A DNA stretch of 64,000 nt from Massalongia carnosa. Lineage: Eukaryota. Within the stretch, counting starts at the first letter, position 1, and the number at the start of each line of letters is the position of its first letter. The DNA lies in the NCBI GenBank assembly GCA_965645245.1, contig OZ287087.1, positions 310,001-374,000 on the forward strand, written 5' to 3'. The notes under the pieces were generated by a model that was not told where the DNA came from, made no database searches, and worked only from the letters and a program-made list of their open reading frames with translations. The position numbers were made by a program, and so were the translations under genes. Shown piece after piece: positions 24,689 to 38,420 of the stretch.

Positions 24689-26091
24689 AAGCCTCGGGGT
24701 TTCTCTCCTGCCACATGCTATGGAATCTAGGATCGGTTTTCCCTTCGTTTTCCCGTTATCTTATCAGGGTTTAAGGGTTTTTCATCGATCTTGAGAAGTC
24801 GGGTTTTCCCTACGTTCTCCCGTTGTCTTATCAGGGTTTTAGGGTTTTTCATCGATTTCGATAAAGTCGGTTTTCCTCCTCAGTTCCCACTGGGTTAGGA
24901 GGTTTTTCATTGACTTCGGAGGCCGGTTTTCCTCCTTGCTATCATACAAGGAAGGAGGTTTTTCACCACCTGCCATACACATCATACCACCCACCTAACG
25001 TGTCGTTACTATCTACTACACGCTCGGCGGAGCTCGCGTCCTAGAGGGGAGGCAATTGTAATACGGATGGCGCTAGAGGGATACGTGATCGCCTATGGCG
25101 GTTGCGGGATTAACTAGCGTGGACCATGCCGTAGTACGAAGTCGCATAAGCCGTCGAGGCTGACACACTGCCATCTTACCCCGAAACTTCGGAGTTATTG
25201 TTATCACGTTCTTGACTACTTACAGATCAAACACCTGTCGAGGCCGTGGTGGTAGATTGCCATGGAGTGTAAGGCGGACTCCTGTGGAGACGCCAAGGAA
25301 CTCTATATGGGATCTACTGGCCTACTCGGAGCTACTGGATCTCTTGATGGTTCAAGAGAGGTAGCAGGAGGCACGGCTCGCTGGACGCAGCTTGAGCTAG
25401 GCTCCCCGGTGTAAACTTCAGCTTCAACCTTTATTACTACGTTGGTAGTGATGTCGGCTGAATGAACCTACATGACCTCGTTGTCTAGACCTTGTGTCTA
25501 GAGGCAGGTCCGCAGTGTAGCGAGGTATTCAGTCGGAGGTAACCTTCCATCACTAGGTAGTGGTGACGGCGAAATGAAGCTACATAGCCTGAGGCATGTA
25601 GTGAGGGATCTAGCCGGGGGTAGAATTGTTCTACCTTGCAAGGGAAGATCTAGAAGGCTGCTCGAGGCTGACTAGATGATCCAGCGAACGCCGAGTTCGT
25701 GGATGGATCCTGAGGGATAGTTGGATGTAATGCGATAAAGTCGGATGTGGATTGCAAGGCTGTAATGCTCGCAAGACTCCCAAGGCTTGCAAGGCTCCTA
25801 AGGTTCCAAGGCTCCCAAGGCTATAGGCTTGGGGTGAGTAGGATAAATATCAGAACGAATCTTGTAGTATTCGTTAGCAATTAGTCTTTATTCTATGAAC
25901 AACCTACGTTTGGGTCTCGGACGAGATCTCTTGGTCTAAGCACTTCCACATCCATTAGTTCTTTGGATCACGTATACTCTCGGAGACTAGCACGTAGTAG
26001 CTATCTTCCTCCTCTCACGCTGAGCATTTCCCCTTTCGAGATCAGTGTCGCTCGTGATAAGCTTACTGGTCTCGTAGCCCATTACAGTGAA

Positions 26092-26181
26092 GGTGATGTT
26101 TGCAAGGTCCGTAAAAACTCGGGAGGAAGAAAGTCCCCCCCTTCCCGCGCCGTATCGTTCTCTATTTGATCAACGAAATTC
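26092..26181 (-). pseudogene. Helitron helicase fragment between two Gypsy elements
   Basis: FLPPEFLRTLQTSPS joins QLQLKLGAPIILLRNL across the GTGAA TSD. Confidence 0.8.
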
Positions 26182-26428
26182 TGTCACGGATTACAGCGCT
26201 CTAACCTCAGGCAACACATGACGTAGTGCTATTCACCTTATCTAACCGAAAACGGATTTAGCACTGCTTGTAGCGACATTATTAACACGCGTGGTATGAG
26301 CAGTTCAACGACGGTGATGAAAACCTGCATTAGGCTAAGCACGGGTATGAGTGTTTATTAACCGGCGATCTGTACATAGCTTTCTTTCTTCATCTTACTA
26401 GTTTTCGTACATAGTCCCTATTAGATTT

Positions 26429-26762
26429 TGTCGATATTAATAGATCGTGGTTCAAGCCAATTCCCGAAGTAAGATCCTGTTGAAGGAAAAGCACGTGATT
26501 TCGGACTAATAACCGAGGCTTCGATCTTTCAGATGCTATTTCTTTCTATGCCATATATCTGATTTCTAATACTCAATGATTTCAAAGCATTGTACCTCGC
26601 ATGGGTTCCGGATCACTAATGATTTATTAGTAAATAGAAGTGGCTGGAAGATATCTAGATTATCAAAGAATGTGGCGAAATGGTCTATATAGCTAGCTAG
26701 AATTTCCAGTTTAGATAGACAAGGAGAACATCATTTTCCAGATCAATAAGAACGGTCCGACA
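26429..26762. mobile_element. Solo LTR nested in a Gypsy 5' LTR
   Basis: TGTCG...CGACA; TSD GATTT; absent from the 8215-8468 copy. Confidence 0.88.
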
Positions 26763-27009
26763 GATTTCTATCTAGGTCGACGTGCTACACAACTAGTAAG
26801 ATCACTCTAAATCTTGCTATCCCTTGTGGAGGATATAAAACAATCCACCCAACTGTATGTCAGTCCGTCAGTCAGTCAGCACCCGAAACACGAACTAGAT
26901 CCGAAATCCTAGGACTATCCTCAGCATATGATAGTAGATCCGATAACAATCCGAAAACGAACGAAACTGGACTATACTCAACAGAGCTGAGTAAGGAAGA
27001 GCGATAGAA

Positions 27010-28290
27010 ATGGCTAGATCCGCGAACGAAACACCCACCTACTATCAACGGGAGTCTCTCATCCCGCCCATAGACATCGGTGAAGAAGGCCCAGGGGCTG
27101 ACTCACCATGGAGGATAGAAACAGTACAACATCTTCGGCACTGGGTGCAGGAGGATGCCGAAACAGTCTTGGCTATAATACGAGACATGAAGTCAGACTA
27201 TGAGGAGGTCGTGGTGGAACATAATAAGCTTGTGCTTAGTTTAGAAGATAGTCAGATCAAAATCAATCGCCAAGCAGGTATGATTGAATACCAGAAGGAA
27301 GAACTTGAAGAGGCTCGGCGGATGGCCGCAGCAGCTACTGCACCTGCAGGGAGTAATGCACCACCACCATTTCCACCTCCACATGACCTGCAGGGCTCCC
27401 CTGCACGATCCAATCAGAGCGAAGAATCTTTATGGAAGTCGATGAAACTTCCCGACCCACCGGTTTTTATCGATGGAAAAGAACCGAGTATCGATCATTG
27501 GTTGACTAAAATGCGCAGCAAATTAGCAGCTAATGAAGACCATATGCCTACCGAGCTATTTAAAAAGGCCTATGTGGAAAACCGAGTCGGCGGAGAGGCT
27601 ATGGGCCATTTGGAACCTCGTCTCCGAAAAAATGCTATCAAACCTTTTCTTACTGCAGAGGAAATGTTTGATCATTTGGAACGAATTTATGGAGATCCGA
27701 ACCGCAAACAGACTGCCATGAACCTATTCCGTTCTCTGCGACAGGGTCAAAAGGACTTCAATACCTTTTGGGCGGAGTTTCAGCGTTTGGCCGCCGAGTT
27801 GGATCACAATGAGTCTACCCTAATCGGTGAGTTGAAACACAAGCTCAACCTAGATATGCGCCGTCAGCTAGCCACCGGCGATCACGAACCAACCGACCTA
27901 TATGCGTTCGCTCAGCGTTGCCAGCGCATGTATCAGGCTCTGAAGGATGTGGATCGTAGCAAGGCTAGGATGGAACGCTTTGCCGAAGGAAAAAAACCAA
28001 CCAGCGTAGTGGTCCCGGCGAACACCCCTACCGCTACCACCGAAAGCAAAACCTATGTGGCACCAAATGCTCGCACCGAGTCTCGTGCCCCTTCATCGCC
28101 ATCGACCTTGTCGTCCTGGACCGTAGGATCCTATCTATCGGAGTCGGAACGGGAGCGGTTGAGCAGGGAAGGGAAGTGCTTCAATTGCAAGGAGGTCGGA
28201 CATCCCTCAAGGGACTGTCCTAAAAAGAAATCAAAGATGACAGCCATCATTAACGAGTTAGATGTTGAGCCGAAGTCAAAAAAAGACTGA
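27010..28290 (+). CDS. gag: Gag
   Basis: KLPDPPVF, LRQG..F..F, CFNCKEVGHPSRDC. Confidence 0.93.
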   Translation: MARSANETPTYYQRESLIPPIDIGEEGPGADSPWRIETVQHLRHWVQEDAETVLAIIRDMKSDYEEVVVEHNKLVLSLEDSQIKINRQAGMIEYQKEELEEARRMAAAATAPAGSNAPPPFPPPHDLQGSPARSNQSEESLWKSMKLPDPPVFIDGKEPSIDHWLTKMRSKLAANEDHMPTELFKKAYVENRVGGEAMGHLEPRLRKNAIKPFLTAEEMFDHLERIYGDPNRKQTAMNLFRSLRQGQKDFNTFWAEFQRLAAELDHNESTLIGELKHKLNLDMRRQLATGDHEPTDLYAFAQRCQRMYQALKDVDRSKARMERFAEGKKPTSVVVPANTPTATTESKTYVAPNARTESRAPSSPSTLSSWTVGSYLSESERERLSREGKCFNCKEVGHPSRDCPKKKSKMTAIINELDVEPKSKKD

Positions 28291-28334
28291 TCTCCCTCGA
28301 AGACGCGAGTGGAGATGACGATGATAAACCTCTT

Positions 28335-31300
28335 TTGATCTCATCCTCTTGTTTGCCTGGTGATTTGTTTACCGATGAACCTCTTGTTACTTCATGTAAA
28401 CTAGGCAATCAGGAAGAAATAGAGCATGTTACTCTGTTAGACACTGGTGCTACAGGACATGCTTTTATTGATGAAAAGATGGTGCGCACGATTTGTGAAC
28501 GACTGCAACTATCAACGCAGCGATTGACGAAACCGAAGCCGGTGAGAGGTTTTGATGGCCGCTTGGGTAAACCTATCACCCACGCCATCTATCCTACCCT
28601 CACCGTGCAGAATCATAGGGAAACAATCTCGCCTCTGTTGATTACACAGCTGGGGCAGCATAAAATGATACTAGGAAAACCATGGATGCGAAAGCATGGA
28701 GTCATTCTGGACATGAGTTGCGATAAAATCATGTTCTGGCCTGGACACTGCACCCACCCGGGTGCTCCTAAGTTGATAGAACCTCCTAGGAAACTGGAAA
28801 CGATCGATAAAAAATCGACGGATGAGGAGTTGACTACAGTGATCTCACCCCGAAAGATATTGCGTCGATCTATCATGGAAGATAAACCTGAGGCTACTCC
28901 AATCCCAAAGGAAGTTCCGAGGATCGATCCGAAACCATCTAAACCGGTTGATGTAGCCATCATTGGTGCAGACTCCTACCGATATCTTACTCAATGTAAG
29001 GCGGTAAAAGTCTATGCGATCTCGATGAAGGACATAGACGATCAGTTGAATAAGGAGTCGAGGCCTCCTACTGATCCAAAGTTGGTAGTGCCGCCGGAGT
29101 ATCACGAGTTTTTGGACGTGTTTTCGAAGATAGATTCTGATACGTTGTCACCTCATAGATTGCATGATCACAAGATACTGCTCGAAGGGGGTAAAGATCA
29201 TGGATATAGTCCTCTTCGGAGCATGTCCCAGAAAGAACTGGAGTTTGTCAAGAAATATCTAGAAGACAATCTCAGAAAAGGCTTTATCGAAGCAAGCCAT
29301 GCCGCATGCTCATCGCCCATTCTGTTAGCGAAAAAGCCTAGTGGTGGATTACGGTTCTGCGTAGATTACCGAAGGCTGAATCAGATCACTAAAAAGGATC
29401 GTTATCCAATACCTTTGATCGAGGAAACGTTGGCTCAGTTGAAAGAGGCTAAAATATTCTCCAAAATAGATATTCGTCAGGCCTTTCATAAACTTCGGAT
29501 GGAGGCTGCGTCGGAGGACCTCACCACCTTCAACTCACGGTTTGGGGCCTATAAATACAAGGTGTTACCATTTGGATTGACTGGAGGACCGGCTTCGTGG
29601 CAGCACTTCATTAATGATGTCCTCTTTGAATACTTAGACAAATTTTGTACGGCCTATCTAGATGACATTCTGATTTATAGCAGAAATCTGAAACAACACC
29701 GTCAGCATGTAAGGGGAGTGCTCACCAAGTTAAGAGGGGCAGGCATTCAAGCCGATGTGGATAAGTGTGAATTCCACGTCACTAAAACGAAGTATTTGGG
29801 CCTGATCATCAGCACGGATGGTATCAAGATGGACCCGGAAAAGATAAAGGCTATCATGGAATGGAGCGTTCCTACCTGTCTTCGCGAGGTGCGATCATTT
29901 TTAGGTTTTTGCAACTTCTATCGGCGCTTCATTCGAGGCTTTTCCAAACTAGCTGGACCATTAAATGCACTGGCCAAGAAGGATAGAATCTTCGAATGGA
30001 CCGAAGCTTGCGCTCAGGGGTTCCAGGACCTGAAGGATCGAGTGGTGGAAGCACCTGTTCTTGCTCATTTCGATCCAAAACTACAGTGTTGGTTAGAAAC
30101 AGACTCTTCGGATTATGTCAGTGGGGGTATTCTGTCCCAAATGGGTGAGGATGACGAGTTGCATCCGGTAGCCTTCTTCTCAAAGAACATGAGCCCGGCC
30201 GAGTGCAATTACGAGATCTACGATAAAGAACTGTTAGCTATCATTCGATGCTTTGAACAATGGAGACCAGAATTGGAAGGCACAGAAATACCTATAAAGG
30301 TCTTCACCGATCACAAGAGTTTGGAATTTTTCATGACTACCAAAAAGTTGACCCGTCGACAGGCTAGATGAGCGGAATTCCTATCTGAGTTCAACTTCGT
30401 CATCGTTTATCAAACGGGTAAAAATAATGAAAAGGCTGATGCTCTAACCCGGAGACCCAATGATAAGCCCAAGGATGAGAAGGACGAACGCCAACAGCAT
30501 CAGCTACAGACTCTGTTGCCCCGCAATCGCATCGAACTGGCGCCCATCGAGACAGAAACGGAAGAGACTGTTCAGACCTTGGAAGAAAAGGTAAGGCAGG
30601 GCAATGTCACAGATGAGGATTGCAATAATATGCGTCAGGCATTGAGTGCTGCAAGCACTGGACTTGATTCAGACTCGGAAAACTCGCCGGCGTTAAAAGA
30701 CTGTCAGGTCAAGGACGGCTTGCTATACAAGCGGAATAAGCTATGGGTGCCCGCACAGGATGAATTGAAACTGGAGGTAATCCGTCAGATTCATGATCAG
30801 CCAGCTGTAGGGCACCCTGGCGTCGCTCGAACCTTGGAGATGATAACTCGGAATTACTACTGGCCCAAAATGGAAGCGGATATCAAACGGTATGTACGGA
30901 ATTGTCATGTGTGCAGACGCGCGAAAGCACCTAGAGATAAGTACAATGGTTTGTTGAGGCCATTATCTATACCCGAACAACCATGGCAGGATATATCACT
31001 AGACTTCTTAACGGGCCTTCCACTGTCGGGCGAAGGATTCAATGCGATTCTTATGGTGGTAGATCGATTATCGAAGGAAAGGCATTACATACCATGCACT
31101 ACCGAGGAACATGGAACCACGAGCGAAGCAACGGCGAAGTTGTTGATCAATAACGTCTGGAAATACCATGGGTTGCCCAGTAGCATAGTATCCGATTGGG
31201 GACCGCAGTTTGTATCGGCGGTCTGGAAAACGATGTGCAAAATACTGGGTATAACGGCCAAACTCTCCACAGCATTTCATCCGGAAACCGATGGCCAGAG

Positions 31301-31460
31301 CGAGATAGCCAATCAGGAAATGGAGCGACACCTGCGCAGCTATGTAAACTATTTCCAGGATGATTGGGTGATGCTACTACCGATAGCGGAGTTTGCGGCC
31401 AATGCTTGCGAATCGGCCTCCACCAAGTTGACACCGTTTATGGCCACAAAGGGATATGAA
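28335..31460 (+). pseudogene. pol: Pol, with nonsense codon and 3' truncation
   Basis: LLDTGA, YLDD, RNaseH; TGA at 30369-30371 replaces Trp of RRQARW; integrase cut at ~31460. Confidence 0.93.
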
Positions 31461-33814
31461 CAATACAAACAAAGGCATATTAAAATCCTGCAGGCATTTC
31501 CCCAAATCCGAAAGAACTTCCTTTAATAAATACAGTCCGTAATCCAAATGCGGAGTCGTTAAATCGTCAGGGATATCAATCATGGATCGTAATCGGTGCG
31601 GCAAATCGTCACATATATCGTTTGCGTATCGATTCCATAAGGCCGTGGGATCCGTAACACGTCCGTGAACTAAAGCTGTTCCAAATAACGCCCGCAATGA
31701 ATGTCCAGAAGAAAATCGCACAGCTTCCGCAAAACAACTGAACCATTCCTGATCATCTTCCAACAAACCTCGGGCACTGCAAGCGGCTTGAAAACTTGCA
31801 TAAATCACTCCGTCAACAGTGCGAAGATTCTCAACTGATTGCGGTCCCGGCACAACCGTCAACAGCATCCGTAAATAATATTTCTCGCCCGCTATGGGAC
31901 TGCAGGCATAAATACGACCAACCGCGAACCCACGTTGTCGAAATTGCCAACATTTTTTCTTGGGTTCCCAAACGAAATGATTCGGAAAATCTTGATACAA
32001 CAACTCGCGACCGTCGTCAGAAGTCTGTTAAACTCGAAAAATGCCATTAATTTTGAAACGGATCTGTTTAAAGTGTTATGCAGATCAATAAGATCCGCAT
32101 CCGCATTGAAATATACGGACTGTTGATCCGGCAAATGAATCGGAAGATGATAAACCGCAGGAAACTCCTCGTGCGAAGGATACTCCCATAACTGCCATGC
32201 GGCTTGAGTGGGACCGATATAACGACCGTTTAAATGTCTCGCAATTTCGTCGTCAAATCCGTCAATCTGCACAGTAGCTCGATCTGCGCCTTTGTAAATA
32301 TATTTATGAGTATATTTAACCGCTTTAACGGTCGCGCAGACCTCGACATTAATATGAGCTTCAAATTTGCGAGAAAGATACGGATTATACGGAACCACCC
32401 AGCGATTGTCGCAACGAAAAACCCGACCACCTCTCATCGGAACCTCCCAGGTGCGACCATCATTGCGGCGACGATATATCGGATAACCGTCCTCTTCAAC
32501 AACAGTTGTTTCCTGGAACGGGCGAGGATAACGCTTGGAATAGGTAGGAGATCCAGATTCGGTTTGCATACAGGACGCGGTAGGCATTGCAGCTCCGCAA
32601 GGACCGTGAACTATTTGTTTAACGATGATCTGTCTTAAACTTCCATCCGTATCAAGAGCAGGATCCGGCAGTTCGGCGGAAATTATTTGATCAATACGAT
32701 CCGCATCCATAAAACGATCATGCGGATGTAGAAATAACAGCAAATGCATATGCGGTAATCCTCGTTTTTGATATTCGATGGTCCATACACATCCGCGAAA
32801 TCGACCGAAAATGTTGTCCTTTTTCAATTCTTTCAACAAACTGCTCTGTCGCAGTCGAAAAGCGCGTGCCACAATGTCCGGTCGATCCGTTGCGGTTTGT
32901 CCAGGAAAGTCCTTTAATGCTTCCTTGATTTCCGGCCAGTTAGGATTTGCGGTAAACGTAATAAACAAATCCGGCCGCCCAAAATGACGAACCAAGGCCA
33001 TACTCTCCTGAAACAATTGCTGCATGAACTGATCTCCGCCCCTATATGTGGTAGGAAGAATAAATCGCTGCAGAATCGACTTCATCCCGCCGCAAACTGT
33101 CCGCGAGTCCGTTATACAGCTCCGCTCTGATCGTTTTTTGATTTCCACGTAGCCATTGCAGTTTGTTAAGATCGCAACTGGCCCACGCATCAACTCAATA
33201 TTGTTGAAACAATCGCTGAAAATGATTGATGATAGAGAATTCATTTCGATTGGTGTGCAAACGATATTTGTAAAAGGCCCGCTGACATAAACGATCTCGT
33301 TCTCTTTCTCTAGCATTAGACCGAAGCCGCATACTCCAATCCCAGCCATGTTCGCCATGCGGAAATAAAAGAACGCAATGTAAAGGCGTATAAGCCGCAT
33401 AATTTTGATCAATCCGCTTCAAAGAAGTTCCCGTAACTCCTGCAACACGTTCCGTCAAAATTATATCGCGTTTGCAAGGTTCTCCGTATTCATCAGGAAT
33501 AATACCGGTAATCTCGTCGCTGATAGGAAGATTACTGCGTCGTCGATCCGCCCCCGCTTCCATGATCAATCGCATTTGCGGATTAAGAACAATTCGCAGA
33601 TCATCGGTTGTGGCCGCATTCTCCCGCAAAGCCTCGCTGGCGGTTTTGTAAAGCCTGATAAAGGGATTCATATTGTGCAAAATTTCTGTTAAACGTCGTA
33701 CAATGTCGGGATCCAATTCTGTATGTTGTCGAGTACGAATTGCGGTTGCTTCGTCGGGATCGTAAAAAAACAGTTGCGCAAAGCGAGGAGAATCGTCAAC
33801 AGGATCCAAAGGAC
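31461..33814 (-). pseudogene. Helitron Rep (HUH endonuclease) region, frameshifted
   Basis: PDLFITFTANPNWPEI, EYQKRGLPHMHLL, WVVPYNPYLS, KY.HKYIYKG, YYLRMLL..S.ENLRTV. Confidence 0.93.
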
Positions 33815-33822
33815 CTTGTAGG

Positions 33823-36800
33823 CAGTGTTCGCAATGGAGTGATTCTTAATGGATATCCACTCCATTAAATCCACTCCATTTAATCCACTCCAATCCACTC
33901 CAAAGGTTTTTTTTTTAAATGGAGTCCATCCAATAAGGTTTTAGGCTTAATGGAGTCACTCCAATAAGGATTTATCTAATGGAGTGGACTCCATGGAGTC
34001 CAATGGATTAGGGCCTAAAAATAGGTGGTGTTTTAGGTATAGCTCCAGGGGCCTTAAAGCTATGGTAATTCCCACATTTTAAGTGATATTTCACTTGTTT
34101 TACTGCTTTTATTCGTGTCAACCTACAAATATCACTTGCTATGGACTGAATTTGCTTCTATTTAAACTAGAAACCACCAAAATCCGTCCCGAACCGTACT
34201 TGCAGTGATGTCTGATATTAGTGACGATACAACTACAACCCGCCCCGACCCTGGCGAGACAGAGTCAGTATTTGAGCTTCCTGGAGCATGTGATATCGAC
34301 GTTCCTGAACGTATTACGCGTGGCAGAAAGCGTACGGTTGGTTCAGCAGAGCTTGGGAATGAAGCTTCAAGAGTATTGATCCATATCCTTTATTTAATCA
34401 AGCTTATATATTAATATATGGCAGAGGTCTCCATCCCAGTCAGCCCTGAGCTTTTCTCGACGTTCCCCTGCACCCTCCACGACTTCCCAAGCTACGGAGC
34501 GTCCCCATATCATCCTGAGCGGCACTATATACTCTGAGAACGACAGGAACGCTCCTGGTAACCATTCCAGCAGCCCTTCTAGGCCGTCACCTATAACCTC
34601 TATTGAAGGCAGGGTTATTGGTGGCCGGTTTTCGTCTCCTACAAGTGGAATAGCTTCAAAGAGAGCTAGAGCGAGCCGTAGTTGGATATGGGATTGGGGC
34701 ACCAAGGCAGAGAGGGAGGGCAAGGCCTATTGGGTGTGTAACAAATGTAAAGTACCAGATTTATACTTATTTGCCATGTTTGCTATGAAAATTTGTATAG
34801 AACTCAGTGTAATTCCGCCCATTTTATATGTACCGAACCATCGAGTTGTCATTTTGACATGTACTATACATTTGTCCAATATCTATTTAATTTATATTAA
34901 CGATTATTAAAGCTAATTAACTACAGGTGTTGCAGACGGTTCTAATACTGAGTATATGATCACAAACGGCACTGCTTCATGTGGAGAGCACTTACGAAAG
35001 GACCATAATCTTGTTCCACCTAAGGAAGCAGCTGCTAGGGCATCTATCTCTGTTGTTGAACATCTTCAACAAGGGGTAGTAGTTGCTCCTTTTAGTCCAG
35101 AAGTCTTTCGACAAAAGCTCTTACGATTTCTTTGTATTTGTCATATTCCTTTTGCCATTGTAGAGCAGCGTGCTTTTCGAGACCTGCTTTTATATTCAAG
35201 TCCGTATTTACGAGGCAATGATACACTCCCCAAGTCGGGCAATTCCATTAAAGCTGCACTATTAGAGATATTTCTAGCTTGTCAACTTGTATTGATTCAG
35301 TTATTAGTGGAAAGCAACTGCCAAGTCCATATATCCTTTGACTTATGGTCGTCTCCTAATAATTTCTCTATGCTAGGTCTTTGCTGTCACTTTATTGATC
35401 GTTCCTGGCAAGCACGTACAGTGATTCTTGGCATGAAGCGTCTTATTGGACCCCATAGTGGAGAGAATATGTCAAAATTAATAGTCAAGGCCCTTGAAGT
35501 TTATAAACTAGGGGGTAGGCTCGGCTACTGTGTTTTGGATAATGCCGGTGATAATGACACTTGCTTGAGAGCAGTCGAGGAACATCTCCTTTTGCAGGGA
35601 GTTAGGTGGGACGCTGATACTCACCGACTACGTTGTTTCGGCCATATCGTTAATCTCGTGGCAACTGCATTCTTAGAGAACAAACCTACGAAGCAAGCGC
35701 GTCAACGACTCCCAGGGGAGCCCAAGGCAGTCTGGAAACGTCCAATAGATGCTATTACGAAGCTTCATGTGATTATTGTCTTTATAATGGCCACCGCTCA
35801 AAGGATCGAGCAGTTTGAAGGGATTAATAAGACGATTCAAGACCCTCTCTTGCATCCAATTAAAGAGCAAATCACTAGATGGTTTTCAACTCTTAATATG
35901 CTTCGACGGGCCATTCAAATCAAAGACTCTCTTGATCTATTCGTCCATCGTAACTCTGAGCAATCATTTACTGAGAAGACTCTTTTTGATTCGCAAATGA
36001 CGGTTGACGATTGGAATTACGCCAAGGAAGTGATTGCTTTTATGGAACCACTCGAAGAGCTTATGATGAGTTTACAAGGAAGAGAGATGTCTGGTATATT
36101 ATATAAGCTTTAAATAACTCGATAATCACTAAGCTTTTAATAGGAAATAATGGTTACGCTCACCAAGTGCTCCCTTCATATGATTTAATAAAAAAGGGGA
36201 TGGAAGAGCAGCTATTTGGCTTTGAGCTTGATGAAGTCGATCAGTCAAACCCACAGGAACTAGCTAGTGAACGACTGGAACTGAACATTATTAACGCCAT
36301 GGAAAAGCTAGAGAAATACCGTCAACTACTCACTTCCCCTATTTATTTAGTGGCCGTCGTCCTGATGCCCTGGTATAAGTGGACTTATTTTGAGGATAGT
36401 ATGAGTGCTAGTGACCTTGCTCAAGCTCGTACGAAGGTCCAAAAACTTTGGCAAGACTTATATGCAAATATAGAGGTTGCTGAAGATGATACACCGTCAC
36501 CTGGAAGTCAAAATAATAAGGTATATTAACACTTATTAATATAAAAACACGGCTAACTATATTTGTAGCACGCTAAGCCCTCCCTTTTGAAGGAACACCT
36601 TAAAAGGAGTACAAACAAAGCTAAATCCACTGTCAGAGATGAATATAGACGGTACTGTAATACAGAAACAGTTGATGAAGATGGTTGCGGGTTCTCTGGC
36701 CACTTAGAATGGTGGAAAGCTCACGAGCCTCACTATCCTAGACTAGCTCAAATGGCCAGGGATATATTCTCTGTGCCTGGCATGAGTGCAGAGGTCGAAC

Positions 36801-37644
36801 GCTTGTTCTGTTCGTCCAAATTGATGATTCCAGATCATAGGAATCGTCTAAAACCCGACTTTATTGAGGCAGGAGAGTGTATTAGAAGCTGGGCCATGGG
36901 TGGGCTAGTTCTAGGAGACTATTTCGAGTACTTACCAGCGTACCAGAAGGCAGGAGAGAAGTTCGGGGATCAAGGGAACCCATAGGAGGTGGGATGAGTG
37001 CATGGTTGCCAAGGGGACTAGAAGTTGATATTTGCTATGTTTGATGGCAAATTTGGCATTGCTGGAAAGGTTCTTTTAGGTATCTTTTGAATTTTTCCTA
37101 GTTAATTTTAGTTGAAAGGTTCAAAAAATACTTTGAGTTCGTGGAGAACAAATGCAAAAACACTCCTCCCTCATCACTTCAACATCGCAACCTCAATCTA
37201 CCACCTATATTTCAGACTCTACCCCCTAGCCGAGGTTTACCGGGCCATGGAAGGTGCGAAAATCCAGCCAAAATCATCAAAACACAAAGGTCGTCGTCCT
37301 CGCTTAGCTGGGTCGTCGTCTCGATTAGGCAATTTATATCTACTACAAAGTGGTTTTACGCTCGAGGGAGGTTCCGGAAAGGTTTGTACGCACTGCACTT
37401 CAGTGGAGTCCATGGAGTCCATGGATTAAATGGATTAAATGGATTTAATCCAGTGAGTCCACTGGATTTACTCCACTGGAGATCCATGGACTCCGATCCA
37501 CTCCATCCATTAAATATATTCCTTAATGGAGTCCAATCCATTAAGGTTTAATCTTAATGGACTCCAATCCATATAGGTCTAGACTTAATGGATTGGATTG
37601 GAGCGCCACTCCAATCCAATCCAGTCACTCCATTGCGAACACTG
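33823..37644 (+). mobile_element. Intact hAT DNA transposon (3822 bp)
   Basis: Perfect 20-bp TIR CAGTGTTCGCAATGGAGTGA; 8-bp TSD CTTGTAGG; subterminal TGGA/TCCA repeat arrays. Confidence 0.97.
34208..36985 (+). CDS. hAT transposase, intron-containing (BED finger, DDE core, dimerisation domain)
   Basis: WIW..WVCNKC/HLRKDH; FDLWS, DNAGDN, RCFGH, TRWFST, WWK..YPRL..MARDIFSVP..SAEVERLF. Confidence 0.9.
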
Positions 37645-37652
37645 CTTGTAGG

Positions 37653-38420
37653 TGATACAATTCTCCGTGAATTTGAAAACACACCGGTCCACGACCGTTG
37701 CGAGGAAGTCGGCGATCGGGTTTGTAGTTTACGGAGGTGAACGTCAACGCGGAATTATATTTTCGGAGGTTTTTGCGAAATGCTCGGGATCTAACATCGT
37801 CACCAACTAACAGTTGCCGTAAAAAATCAGTAGGAGGCTGAAACGGTGGCAACACGACAACACCTCGCTTGCAACAGGACTCGTATTCTCGATCGCGTCT
37901 TCTATAACCATGCGAAGCTTCGTCTTTCCAATGCCAGGCACCACAATGTCTACAATGATCATTCATGTGTTGAATCTGTCGCATAGCGGACCTTAAAGTA
38001 TACTGACCTTTAAATGCCGCCGGTAAGTCACGATTGGCAACGACCCGCTCACGACGGATTTGACGATTTATATCTCGCGACTCTCAACGATCAGCAGATG
38101 AAGAAATGGATCTAAGACTCGTATTTCAAGGAGATACATGTCTGGAAAACGATCTTACGGAATCGTCATTACGATTAAGAATGTTCTCGTTCTCTTCTGC
38201 TTCATTGAGCAGCATTTCTTCCCAAATATTTAGATTTTCCTGTTCGGAACGACCTCGAGACAATAAACTCGGTGACAAAAAAGCGGACGATACGGGAGAA
38301 GAACTCGCCGCAGAATCACGAAGCGAAAATTACGAAGACGCAGAAGATACAACAGGACTTTTGGGAGGCGCAGGCGGACGTACATAAAGACGAACGGGAG
38401 GTTTTGGAGGCCGTAAAATC
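37653..38420 (-). pseudogene. Helitron RepHel N-terminal Cys-rich region
   Basis: CRHCGAWHW..CCKRG..YNSALTFTS..FQIHGELYHLQ joins GPLDP across the hAT TSD. Confidence 0.85.

Larger units (their letters stand above)
18566..26086 (+). mobile_element. Full-length Ty3/Gypsy chromovirus; LTRs 18566-19595 and 25057-26086 (1030 bp)
   Basis: TG..CA LTRs identical by eye; TSD GTGAA; PPT AGAGGGGAGG; open gag and pol. Confidence 0.98.
26182..31460 (+). mobile_element. 3'-truncated Ty3/Gypsy; 5' LTR 26182-26789 interrupted by a solo LTR
   Basis: LTR matches solo LTR 8215-8468; gag and pol present; sequence switches to Helitron within integrase at ~31460. Confidence 0.93.

Noticed and set aside
33689..37551. 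Short ORFs at the hAT ends (33689-33898, 37112-37551)
   Set aside because: They arise from subterminal repeats and have no protein motifs
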